DNA of 64,000 bases from an uncultured delta proteobacterium (GCA_963816145.1 CAWFJP010000031.1:480001-544000); one strand, 5' to 3'; shown: positions 38,632 to 48,570, counted from the first letter of the stretch. Made by a program: numbers and translations. Notes: generated by a model not told the origin, from the letters alone.

Positions 38632-40491
38632 TCAGCGATACAACCGGTTTTCAACCAAGCCGTTATTGAACCACTGGATACGCGCCTTAAGTTTGCTTTC
38701 CAGTTGCGCTTGTACATCGGCTTTATCGGTGACCGGCGTGTCGAGTTTTTGCGTGGCGAATAGTTTGCCCGGCCCGTTTTGCCGGTATTCCAGATAGTAT
38801 TTCGCATCGGCGATCCAAAAATTCTCGCCGCTTTGACCCAGGGCCAGGCCGGGATAAGTGGAATCGAAAATTGAGTGTCCGAACGGCAAAATTTTGTCGG
38901 TGGCGATTCCGGTGAAATCGAGGAGACTCGGACTGATGTCGACATGCTGGACGATTCGATCGCGATTAACGTCCGGCAATTCTCCGCCGGGATAGTAGAA
39001 AACAATCGGCACACGATAGGTATCGATCATCCGCGGTGGGATCTTCTGCGGCGGAGCGATGTGATCGCCGACAATCACAAACAGCGTGTTCTTGTACCAT
39101 GGCATGGTCTGCGCGGTAGTAAAGAAGTGCTTCAACGCCTGATCGAAGTAAGCGACCGTTCGGTGAATCGGCAGCTCGCCTTTGGGCAGCGTGTTCTCAT
39201 ATTGCGGCGGAATTTGATACGGATTGTGGATGCTCAAGGTGAACAGCACCGAAGCGAACGGTTGCGGGCGACGCGAGAGCTGCTGGGCAAAATGTTGCAG
39301 ATAGGGTTCGTCGTAAATACCCCAGATGCCGTCGGAGTCCTGCGGATTGGGGTACTCATTCAAGCCATAATAGTCGTCGAACCCCATGCGACGGGAAAAC
39401 ACGTCAAAAAACATGGTGCCGTTTTTCCCGCCGTGAAAGAAGCTCGTGTTATAGCCACGAGATTTCAAGATGGTACCGATTCCATGGAGAGTTTTGAATT
39501 CCGCGCAGAAAAAAGTCTCGTCACGCAGGTGGGGCAGACCGGCGAGAATCGACGGCGGCGCGTCGATGGACCTGCGGCCGTTGGCGAAACCATTCTTGAA
39601 ATAGAGACCTTTCTTGGCGAGGGAGTCCAAAAACGGCGTGTAACCATGGCCTGGATTGCCGATGCCGGTGAACTCCGCAGAGAGGCTCTCGACAATAATG
39701 ATGACGATATTTTTCCCCGCCCCGGTTAATTTGTGAACCGGAGGATTTCTCGGCGGAAATTGTTTCGCCAACTCAGCGTCACTCGAGAAATAACGGACTG
39801 GTCTCATACCGTCGCACTTCTGTTGGCTGTTGATCATGGTGTAGGTCGAGTTAAGTGCCAGCTGGGTGAGGCTTTCTTTATCGGTGACCGCCGCCAGGGC
39901 AGGGGTCAGCCGGCGGCTTTGCACCCCCCCTCGCCCGCCGATGACGGCCAGCGAGACGATTAGGAAGAAGATGAGGACATCTCCGGCCCAATGCGATGAC
40001 CTCTTGGTTAGCGGTGCTGAGTGCCATCTATGAGAGAAATAATAAAGCGCAAACACCAACGCGCCGCCGATGGCGGCGAGATACCAGTAATGGAATGCAA
40101 GCTGGCCGATTTGATCCGAGATGTCCTGGCCCATGTCGAGCAGGCTGAGCGATGAGCGCTGGCCGGTGAATTTGAAGTATTCGTAATCGACGACGTTAAG
40201 AAGTACGAAGGGGATGTTGGCGATGAGAAACACAGCCTTGAGAAGGCCACGGTACCAAGGCTTGTCGACGAAACCGAAGGGCAGCAGCGACAAAACGATA
40301 AAGGGCGCGTTGATCCGGCAAATTGCGGCGATGTCGAAGCGTCCGCCGACGAGAAAGGCTAGACCCAGTTCGCGCAGCGGTAGTTGAATATAGGATTGAA
40401 AATTGAGCGCGAGGAAGAGCAGCCGCGAGATCGTATAGAGCAGCAGGAGCAGGCCGAGGTTGGCAAGCAGTACTTTGAGCCGGGAATTCAT
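38632..40491 (-). CDS. LTA synthase / phosphoglycerol transferase family (sulfatase-like) membrane protein
   Basis: N-terminal TM helices; NIVIIIVESL, TPFLDSL, TLSIHNPY, TLFVIVGDH, QHVDI. Confidence 0.88.
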   Translation of the reverse strand: MNSRLKVLLANLGLLLLLYTISRLLFLALNFQSYIQLPLRELGLAFLVGGRFDIAAICRINAPFIVLSLLPFGFVDKPWYRGLLKAVFLIANIPFVLLNVVDYEYFKFTGQRSSLSLLDMGQDISDQIGQLAFHYWYLAAIGGALVFALYYFSHRWHSAPLTKRSSHWAGDVLIFFLIVSLAVIGGRGGVQSRRLTPALAAVTDKESLTQLALNSTYTMINSQQKCDGMRPVRYFSSDAELAKQFPPRNPPVHKLTGAGKNIVIIIVESLSAEFTGIGNPGHGYTPFLDSLAKKGLYFKNGFANGRRSIDAPPSILAGLPHLRDETFFCAEFKTLHGIGTILKSRGYNTSFFHGGKNGTMFFDVFSRRMGFDDYYGLNEYPNPQDSDGIWGIYDEPYLQHFAQQLSRRPQPFASVLFTLSIHNPYQIPPQYENTLPKGELPIHRTVAYFDQALKHFFTTAQTMPWYKNTLFVIVGDHIAPPQKIPPRMIDTYRVPIVFYYPGGELPDVNRDRIVQHVDISPSLLDFTGIATDKILPFGHSIFDSTYPGLALGQSGENFWIADAKYYLEYRQNGPGKLFATQKLDTPVTDKADVQAQLESKLKARIQWFNNGLVENRLYR

Positions 40492-40706
40492 TCAGCTTTA
40501 GACAACGTTTTGGGTAAATGATTTTATCGACGTTCAGATTAGCTAAAAAAACATGGAAAATCTATCGAGGCGCGAATCGACTCCGCTCCCGGCTTACGAG
40601 CCATTGGCTGGAGTTATGGTAGATTAATCATACTCGTAGTAGGAGTATCGATTGTCTTGTCTCGTGCGCATTGGGCGACGGCGACAAAAGGTCAGGAATA
40701 ATTTAG

Positions 40707-41921
40707 ATGGAAGCACCGGCGGATATTCAGTGGACGGGTTATTCTCTAGCGGAGCGCGACTGGCGCTGGCAGCGCGTGCGCGATAACGCGGCCAAGGCGC
40801 GGTTCGATGGCATTTTCGTGCCGCTCTGTGTCGACGGGCGCAATCTGCATTTGTCCTTGGAGCAGCATCGCGGCACGCGTTCGGACTGCCGTTTTTTGAC
40901 GACTCTCGATAATGCCGCGGTGATTCTGCCCACCGACGGCCGCCCGCCGATCGTGATCTCGGACTTGGAAGACGGCAACGCGTGGATTCCTGAGTTTCGT
41001 CCGGTCGAAGGTTCTTGGGGCCGGACAATGGCGCAAGCGTTGATCGATGCCGGCCTGGAGCGGGGGCGAATCGGCGTCTCCGGCGCGCGCCGCGGTTTTT
41101 ACACTCACGGCCGGGCTTTCCACGGCGTGGTCAATCACAGCTCCTACGCCGAGACGGTAAAGCTCTTGCCCCATGCGACTTTCGACAACGCGACGGAAGT
41201 CATCGGCTATGCGCGTTACGTCAAAAGCGCCGAGCAGGTCGCTTGTTTGCGGCGCGGCGCGGCGATTGCGGCGGCCGGGATCGACAAGATGATCGAACTG
41301 GCGCGACCGGGCGTTGACGAAGGTTATTTATACACTCAAGTGATGCACCGGATGATTTCCCTCGGCAGCGAGTATTATCCGATGGCATTTTACAGCGGCG
41401 CCAATGGCGGCGGGCGCTTGCCGCGCTTTGAAGATCCGATGGAGGGACGCACGCTAAAGCCGATGTACAAGATCGCCAACGAAGTCGATGCGGTGTTTGG
41501 CGGCTTGATCGCCCAGGAGCAGCAACCGATTCTGCTCGGCGCTATTCCTGAGAGCTGGAAGCCGGCCATCGAGCTGCAGAAAGAAATGTACTTCACGGGT
41601 TTGGAATATCTCACGCCGGGCCGGCCCTTCGCCGAATTCATGGACATCATCAATACCTTCGGCGAAAAACGCGGCATGAAGAGCCAGTTGCTCATGCATG
41701 GACGCGGCTACGGCGACGACGGGCCGTTGTTCACGCCGCAGAACCGCGGCATGCGCAACCGCGAAGTCGGTCTCGAAGCGGGCAACGTCTTTATTCTAAA
41801 ACCGATCGCCCATAGCGCCGACGGTACTTTCGATACCAGCTGGGGCGGCTGCGTATTGGTGACCGACAAGGGTGGCGAGCCGTTGGTCAAACGCATGCCG
41901 GGGATGGTGGAAATTAAGTAA
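40707..41921 (+). CDS. M24 (creatinase/Xaa-Pro peptidase fold) protein with divergent metal site
   Basis: FS/YSLAERD.RW..VR N-terminus; RYVKSAEQV..LRRGA.IA; RPGV; MHGRGYG; VLVTDKG. Confidence 0.8.
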   Translation: MEAPADIQWTGYSLAERDWRWQRVRDNAAKARFDGIFVPLCVDGRNLHLSLEQHRGTRSDCRFLTTLDNAAVILPTDGRPPIVISDLEDGNAWIPEFRPVEGSWGRTMAQALIDAGLERGRIGVSGARRGFYTHGRAFHGVVNHSSYAETVKLLPHATFDNATEVIGYARYVKSAEQVACLRRGAAIAAAGIDKMIELARPGVDEGYLYTQVMHRMISLGSEYYPMAFYSGANGGGRLPRFEDPMEGRTLKPMYKIANEVDAVFGGLIAQEQQPILLGAIPESWKPAIELQKEMYFTGLEYLTPGRPFAEFMDIINTFGEKRGMKSQLLMHGRGYGDDGPLFTPQNRGMRNREVGLEAGNVFILKPIAHSADGTFDTSWGGCVLVTDKGGEPLVKRMPGMVEIK

Positions 41922-42023
41922 CAAGTATGAAGGCTGAAGGCGGAAGGATGAATTGCGAAAGATTGAATTCGACTTACGTTCATCCTTCATCCCTCTGCCT
42001 TCATCCTTAACTAAGGAGCCATC

Positions 42024-43215
42024 ATGCCTTGGACAACGCCGCCGGGATCCGGCGCGACGGTTTACATTTGGAATGGTTACTCGTTGGCGGAGCGCGACCG
42101 GCGCTGGAGCGCGGTGCGTGACAATGCTTCGAAGGCGGGCTTTGACTGCATACTCGTGCCGCTCGGCGATGGCATCGATGCGCGCTACATGACGCAGTTG
42201 CGCTGCTCGGCGATGGTTTTGCCGACCGATCGCCGGGCACCCATCGTCATTGCCGACCGCAGGTCGAACAATGAATGGGTGCCTGACCCATGGCAGACCG
42301 GCCGCGAGTGGGCCGAGCCCATGGGTGAAGCGCTGCGCGATTTAGGATTTGACCGGGCGCGCATCGGCGTTGCCGGCTTGAAAGGCGGCAGATTTACTCA
42401 CTGCAATTCCATCGACGGCGTGGTCAATCACAGCGCGCTTGAAACCGCCATGAGCAAAGTGCCCAATGCGCGTTTCGAAGACGCCACCGACGTGATCGGT
42501 GCGGTGCGCTACGTGAAGAGTACGGAGGAAATTCAATTCGTCCGCCGCTCCACCGAGGTGGCGGCGGCGGGTCTGGATGCACTGATCAAGCTCGCCCGCC
42601 CGGGCGTCGACGCCGGAATTTTTTATGCCGACGTCTTGGCGAGAATACTCGGGCTGCGCAGCGAATATTTTCCGATGGCGCTGACGATCGATGCGATCGA
42701 TACGGTCAAGCCGAAGCGCTACCTGAACCCGCCGATCGGCCGCAGGCTCGAAGCCGGCGCGCTGATTACCAGCGAAATCAATGCAATTATGGGCGCGCAA
42801 TTGACCCAAGTTTGCCAACCGGTGCTGCTGGGCAAGATTCCCGAACGCCTGGAAGCCGGTAATCGCCATGCAAAAAGAAGTCTACGAAGCGGGATTGCAA
42901 ATGATCAAGCCCGGCTTGACCTTCGGCGCGCTGGAAGATTTCGTCAAGGGATTGGGCGCCAAGAGCGGCACGCAGACGATGCTACAAATGCACGGCTGCG
43001 GCTACGGCGACGACGGACCGCTGTTTACGCCTCGAGTGAAGAGCGAGCGAGTCCGCGATCTCGCCATCGAGAAGAACAATGCGTTTGTTTGGAAACCGAT
43101 GGTGCGATCCGCCGACGGCCAGATTCAGTTCGCCTTTGGCGGGCCGGTGATCGTTACCGACAACGGCTGCGAGTCGTTGTTCAAGCGCGAGCCTGGATTG
43201 GTGGCGACCGGTTGA
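42024..43215 (+). pseudogene. Second M24-fold paralog, frameshifted at about 42846 (pseudogene or assembly indel)
   Basis: Removing 1 nt gives IPEAWKPVIAMQKEVY, matching the paralog's IPESWKPAIELQKEMY; joins track ORFs 42024 and 42868. Confidence 0.8.
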
Positions 43216-43253
43216 GAGTGGTTCATGGCATGCTTTTGACGACGCAAAAGTCC

Positions 43254-43364
43254 GTCATGCCGGTGAAAACCGGCATCCAGGACTGGCGGGAGGGATGACG
43301 AACAAACTGAAACCTGGATACCGGCCCCGGATCGAGTCCGGGGCAGGCTCTGCGCCGGTATGAC
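43254..43364. repeat. GTCAT-family REP pair
   Basis: GTCATGCCGGTGAAAACCGGCATCCA...TGGATACCGG...GCCGGTATGAC. Confidence 0.8.
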
Positions 43365-43421
43365 GGGAATGGGGAACATCTCAACTTCGAACTAGCAATC
43401 GTCAATTTCTCGGGAGGCTTA

Positions 43422-44418
43422 ATGCTTAAAATTCACGCGATCTGCGATCTACTTGTTTTTCTTATTGTTCGTATCGGGAGCAAATGCTCAAGAGCTAAAG
43501 CGCATCACCATGGGCTATCCTTCGCTGGCCTTTACTCAGAGCCATATCTGGGTCGGCAAAGAGCAGGGGTTGTTTCGCAAGTACGGCGTCGAGGTCGATC
43601 CGGTGTTTTTGCGCGGCGGGCAGGTGGCGACTCAGGCGTTGGCGGCGGGGGAGCCGCCGATGGTCAACGTCGGCACGGTGATCCAGGCCAACTTGAGCGG
43701 CTACAATGTCGTGTTGGTCGCCAGCATGGAGAATAAGTTTTATCAGCTGGTCTTCGTCCGCCCCGGCATCGCCAGCCTGGAGCAATTGAAAGGGAAGAAG
43801 CTGGCGATCAGCGGCTTCGGCTCGATCACTCATTATGCGGCGCAGATTCTCGCCAAACATCTTAATTTCGAGATCAATAAGGATCTGATTCTCGTGCCCG
43901 GCGGTCCCGATGCCGAGCGCTTAGGAGCGATGAGCGCGGGAACGGTGGACGCGTCGTTTTTCAATCTGTCGACGGCGCCGATCGCGCGCAAGATGGGTTT
44001 CGTCGATTTATTGCAGATCGCCGATCTCGGCGTCGAGGTGCAGGGCAACGGCTTGGCGACTTCGCGGGCGTATTTGAAGAGCAATCGCGACACCGTCAAG
44101 AATGTGATGAAGGGTTATTTGGAATCGATACATTTCATCTACGCGCGCAAACCGGAGTCGCAGAAAGTATTCGCCAAATACATGCGCACCAACGATCCCG
44201 AGGTGCTGGAGAGTTCGTATCAAAATTACGTGAAGACGATTCCAAGAAGGCCGACGTTCACCCCGAAGGGAATCCAATTCATCCTCGACATGCTGGCGCC
44301 GCAGATGCCGCAGGCAAAGACCGCCAAGCCGGAGCAGTTTTTCGATGCGGGGGTGATGAATGAGTTGGACAAGGAAGGGTTCTTCGTCGAGCTGGCGAAG
44401 CGGTATCCGGCGAAATAA
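43422..44418 (+). CDS. NMT1/THI5 ABC solute-binding protein; probable +1 indel in AAAA at 43428-43431
   Basis: RBS GGGAGG-ATG at 43422; deleting one A gives the signal peptide MLKFTRSAIYLFFLLFVSGANA in frame with ORF 43453-44418. Confidence 0.8.
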
Positions 44419-44723
44419 AAACCGTAAGGGGTTAGGGGTGAAGGGTGAGGGGTAAATCTGTCACCCCCGCGCACGTAGGCAAAAACGTTCTCAAATGCCA
44501 CATCACCTATCTTGTCATACCGGCGAAGGCCGGTATCCATCTTCGTTGCCGCCGCGCCGGTCCGCTATTGCGGGAAAACTCGATGTTGACAAGCTCAGGC
44601 TGACCTGATGGATATTGCAGCCGATTTTGACATTTTATTGTTTGAGCCGTTGCCGGGATAAGCCGACCCGTAATTTTCGGCGGCTACGGCGGCTCACTTA
44701 ATAGTTAGCTTCCAACACGCACC

Positions 44724-46550
44724 ATGAAGCTGCTCTCATTCCGGATCGAAAACTACCGCAATCTGCGCTTGGCAGAGTGCTCGGCAGTGCCCGAGTTTAT
44801 GATCATATGCGGTGGAAATGGATGCGGGAAAAGTTCGCTGCTCGAAGCATTAATGACGGCGAAGGAGCATGCGGGATCCTACGGCAATTTTTCATTTGAC
44901 CCCAAGGCTGTCTCTGCAAATGCCGGGAAGGCAACGATCTCAATAAGCCTTTCTTTCTCAGCGCAAGAACGTGAATTCGTCAAGCGCCTCCACAACGTCG
45001 ATTGTCCTGAGACTGACGACATTGAAATTGAGATCCTCAAAGGCGGGAGTGCGCGCGTCCTGAAACGGTCCAAGCCTGCTAGCAGGCTGCTGAGTCACTA
45101 CAGCACCACCGAAGGCTCGCCAGGCTTCTTTGACTACATCACTGCACACAGACAGACCAGCAAACAGGATCTGAGTAGCTGGGACGCCACATTTCTCTCG
45201 GACGAAAAAGCCAAGCAGACCTTGGCGGGTGTGCAGAATAAATTTCAACAGACGAAGCAATATCTTGCCGGGCTCAAGATGTCCGATCTGCAAGCACTTC
45301 AGTCATCCCTCGCAGCGGGAGCCGCGAAGCACGTCGATTCAATGACGGACATTCGCGATACGTTCAACAGGTTCTTTGCTCCGCTAAAGTTCAAGGACGT
45401 CTACCTCGACAGATCGCCGTTCGGGTTCGTCGTGACCACTCCAGCGGGCGAGATCGACATCGATGATCTTAGCTCGGGGGAAAAGGAGATCTTCAACATT
45501 TTCGTGCGGTTTCATCAGCTTCATCCAAACGGAGCGGTTATTCTTTTTGATGAAGCGGATGCGCATCTGCACCCGGACCTAGAACGGCGCTATCTGCAGG
45601 AGTTGAGGCGCATCGCTAAGGGCAATCAGGTCATCCTGACTACGCACTCGCCCGAGATGATGATTGCCGCAGGATCAGAGTCCCTATACACGATTCACAA
45701 AGAGCCGCCAACCGATGGAGGCAGCCAGCTACGCCGCGTGACGCCAGACGACAATCTGCACAGCACGCTCGCGGAGTTGATGGGGTCCAGGGGTCTAATA
45801 AGCTTCAATCAACGCATTGTGTTTATCGAAGGAGATACCGCGTCGGCTGACCGCGAAGTGTACGAAGCCTTTTACCCACCGGCCGAGCACAACATCAGCT
45901 TTGTGCCAGCGGGAAACTCCTCGACCGTTCGGAAAACCGCTGAACGAGTCAATTCACTTCTGACGTCAGCGATAAGTTTTCAGCAGTATTTCTGCATCAT
46001 CGACCATGATATTGAGCGTGGCGAGACGGACCCCAGCGGCGGCCGTCGCCTGTTTCGACTGCCCGTTTATCACGTTGAGAATTTTCTCCTCAATGCGGAT
46101 GTGATGTTCAAGGTCTCGTCGCAAATGCTAGCAAGCCAATGCCCGTTCAAGACATCGGGCGAAGTTGAAGCGGAGTTAAAGCGCCTAGTACTTGACGATG
46201 GTCACCTCCTTCCTTACACGAAGGCAGCCCTCGACGCTGAAATCGGGAGAATTGCTAAGAAGGCACACGATGCCGTCTTCTCCGGAAGGACAGATGGCCT
46301 CGACCTGAAGGTACCGCAGTTCGACGTAACCAAGACTACAGCAAAGCAGGAATTGGAAGCTGCCTTAAGGGACGGCACGTGGACAGCCAGGGTGAAGGGG
46401 CGCGACCTACTTAGGTTCTTCTGCGCTCGTCACGGCCTCAGATACGAGCACTTTCGGAACAGCGTTATCGCGAATTTCGGAGAAGCGCCGGAAGGGCTTC
46501 AACAGATCATGGAGAAGATCAAAGCTGAAGCCCTTGCAGCTGGAACATGA
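44724..46550 (+). CDS. ABC-type (AAA_15/21) ATPase fused to a TOPRIM/DUF4435-like nuclease domain; PARIS-merge/OLD-like
   Basis: Walker A GGNGCGKS, signature LSSGEKE, Walker B LFDEAD, H-loop TTHS; TOPRIM FIEG..IIDHD..YHVENFL. Confidence 0.8.
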   Translation: MKLLSFRIENYRNLRLAECSAVPEFMIICGGNGCGKSSLLEALMTAKEHAGSYGNFSFDPKAVSANAGKATISISLSFSAQEREFVKRLHNVDCPETDDIEIEILKGGSARVLKRSKPASRLLSHYSTTEGSPGFFDYITAHRQTSKQDLSSWDATFLSDEKAKQTLAGVQNKFQQTKQYLAGLKMSDLQALQSSLAAGAAKHVDSMTDIRDTFNRFFAPLKFKDVYLDRSPFGFVVTTPAGEIDIDDLSSGEKEIFNIFVRFHQLHPNGAVILFDEADAHLHPDLERRYLQELRRIAKGNQVILTTHSPEMMIAAGSESLYTIHKEPPTDGGSQLRRVTPDDNLHSTLAELMGSRGLISFNQRIVFIEGDTASADREVYEAFYPPAEHNISFVPAGNSSTVRKTAERVNSLLTSAISFQQYFCIIDHDIERGETDPSGGRRLFRLPVYHVENFLLNADVMFKVSSQMLASQCPFKTSGEVEAELKRLVLDDGHLLPYTKAALDAEIGRIAKKAHDAVFSGRTDGLDLKVPQFDVTKTTAKQELEAALRDGTWTARVKGRDLLRFFCARHGLRYEHFRNSVIANFGEAPEGLQQIMEKIKAEALAAGT

Positions 46551-46564
46551 AACGGTGAGTTGGA

Positions 46565-46634
46565 AGCTAACAAGCGCTTGCATCCGACGTACTCGCGCGG
46601 CGCGCTCGTGCGCGGCTAAAGCGCGGCGTTCGAC
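46565..46634 (+). other. attC recombination site
   Basis: R'' AGCTAAC-AAGCGC-TTGCATCCGAC...CGCGGCTAAA-GCGCG-GC-R' GTTCGAC; imperfect palindrome of about 70 bp. Confidence 0.8.
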
Positions 46635-46861
46635 GTCCTTTATTGCGAAGTATCTCCGATAAGAAAGCGAAAGGTCAGAAGTTCATCCTGAGCTTTGGTA
46701 GAACGCTCATTTGAAACTGCCACGAATTATAGCAACAAGGAAAACAGGTAATGAACTGCTCCAAGCCTTTTCGGGGGCGATTGGAATCTCCGTGCTTGAT
46801 TTCTGGCAATGGAGCGCTTCAGACCTTTTGAGTAATGCGACACGTGACCGCCGTATCTGAT

Positions 46862-47434
46862 CTATTGAAACGTGATCAGATCCGAGCGGCTCAAGGTCGA
46901 GGCTTTCGGCTTCAACGGCTCGTTGTCGGCGTTGGCGCTGTTCTGATTCAATATTTGGAATTGGCCGATGGCCACTTCGTAGTCGGTCGCGGCCAAGCTG
47001 GCATCCGTGGGCACCACGACGGTGTAACCCCGCAGTGTCGCTCCTACCGATGTATAGACCACCGAGCCGCTGACCTTCCAGCCGGTAAGAATCACGGTCG
47101 TAATCCCCTTGGCCTTGAGCATCTTGTCGAGGTCGGTGCTGTAGAATCGGTCCTGACCAACAGACTCGACAATCGGATCGCCGGCAGCGGGAGCAACCGC
47201 AGGCAGCCACTTGGAAACGTTGGGAGCCCGAGTCGAGTACAAGACGAGCACACCGGCCTTTCTCGCCTGCGCCAGCAGCGAGACAATGGCCGGCACCATT
47301 ATTTCAGTGCAAATCGGTTGTCTTGCGCAGATTGGCTCGACCACATCGAAGATCAACAACGCGGTGGTCGCGGGTTTGAGAACAACTCGGACCGGGTCCG
47401 GAAGGGCCGGCATTTGCAAAGTTATTAGCGCCAT
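46862..47434 (-). CDS. Isochorismatase/cysteine hydrolase family protein
   Basis: TALLIFD, LL..AR.AG..V, TDLD..L...GITTVILTG, GY.VVVP.DA. Confidence 0.85.
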   Translation of the reverse strand: MALITLQMPALPDPVRVVLKPATTALLIFDVVEPICARQPICTEIMVPAIVSLLAQARKAGVLVLYSTRAPNVSKWLPAVAPAAGDPIVESVGQDRFYSTDLDKMLKAKGITTVILTGWKVSGSVVYTSVGATLRGYTVVVPTDASLAATDYEVAIGQFQILNQNSANADNEPLKPKASTLSRSDLITFQ

Positions 47435-47734
47435 ATTGTACCACCATAGTATTCCGCGAGTGTTAGGCCGCCGTTTTCGACGATGGTATTGATCGGCGTC
47501 CTGTTCGAGTCCCCAGCTGCCGATATCATGGACTTGCGATTACAACCGCGCCGAAGCATGCGGGCCTAGCATCACGGAAATCGAATAATAAATTTTACGC
47601 ACACTGTTTTCTTTCAATCGAGCAATATCGCCGACGTGGGGGAGCTGTCAATCACATTTTGAGTTTCGTGGCAGCCGCGAGTTAGGTGCTGATGCGGGAT
47701 CTGGCTCTCATATTAGTGTCGCTCTCGGGGATGG

Positions 47735-47925
47735 TTGAAATCCCTCCCCTTGAGGCGAAGTGAGGGTTTGTCATGCCGGCGAAGGCCGGCATCCATCTTC
47801 GCGCCCGCTGCAAGGCCAAACAAAACCTGGATTCCGGCCTACGCCGGAATGACGACCCCGAAGAGTCGACTTCCAGTCGACGAATTTAGAACCCCTCGGC
47901 TTACAGCCGAGGGTTGTTCAGTTTT
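47735..47925. mobile_element. IS200/IS605-end-like miniature element with an internal REP pair
   Basis: Left TTGAAATCCCTC...GAGGG hairpin; REP pair at 47770-47853; right AACCCCTCGGCTTACAGCCGAGGGTTGTTCA hairpin. Confidence 0.6.
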
Positions 47926-48028
47926 TTGTAATGGAAGCAGCGGTGAGTGTCAGGTTTCCGTCGCCCTACTATTCTTCGGTGCGCATAGGGGAGGCGGTGA
48001 ACCTTCGCTTCTTGGTCTTGTCCCAAGA

Positions 48029-48570
48029 TCAAAATGTTTTTGTTCCTTCGGGCGGTTGGACATCGAACATGCGGATCACCGTGCCGATGGTGATGTAGTG
48101 GCCGAGCAGGCCGACGCACTCGATGAATTTGGCGTGGCCGAATTCTTTTTCCATGCGCGCGAACAAATCGTCCGGCAATAGAACTGCTGGTTCATCAGCG
48201 TGCGGGTGAATTCCACCAGTAGTTTGTCCTGGCCGGTGAACTTGTCGACGCCCGCATGGGCGCGGATCGCTTCGACGATTTCGGACTTGACGCCGACTTT
48301 GTGGGCGCGGATTTCGTGGCGCGACCAGGCGTAGCGGGCTTCTACTTCGCGCGCCGCGGTGAGAATGATCACCTCGCGGACCGGGTCGGGGAGCCGCGAG
48401 TCGTTGCGAAAATAATCTTCGGTGGCGGCGAAGTACTGCGCCATCTCCGGCGAATGCATCAGCATCGAGTACGGTCCGCCGCCGCCGGTGCGGCCTTCGT
48501 GGATCTTGTCCCAGATTTTCTGTTGCTCCGTTGTCATGGATTCACGTGTCGCGTTCGGTAGTTTGCTCAT
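48029..48570 (-). pseudogene. Carboxymuconolactone decarboxylase (CMD)-family protein, frameshifted at about 48180
   Basis: N-part MSKLP..GGGPYSML.H..; the C-part in another frame, LPDDLFARMEKEFG...LLGHY...PEGTKTF*, aligns to the neighbouring paralog's end. Confidence 0.8.

Larger units (their letters stand above)
44704..46634 (+). mobile_element. Integron gene cassette (no integrase in window)
   Basis: Starts GTTAGCTTCCAAC (44704-44716), the exact complement of GTTGGAAGCTAAC (46559-46571) just after the stop codon; single ORF; attC downstream. Confidence 0.8.

Noticed and set aside
42024-43298. 424-aa track ORF taken as the true protein, or as a programmed frameshift
   Set aside because: Similarity to the paralog switches frame at about 42846, the tail runs into a REP, and no slippery site is visible
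6725-46550. Other TGA stops (6727, 8323, 16111, 26577, 33014, 36712, 37213, 46550) as Sec codons
   Set aside because: The domains are complete at these stops and the UGA does not align with a conserved Cys
47462-47468. GTTAGGC as a further attC core site for the isochorismatase gene
   Set aside because: No matching inverse core site or attC palindrome was found at a suitable distance
47503-47523. GTTCGAGTCCCC, resembling a tRNA T-arm or att site
   Set aside because: The T-stem does not pair, there is no cloverleaf or CCA, and no second copy or integrase is in the window
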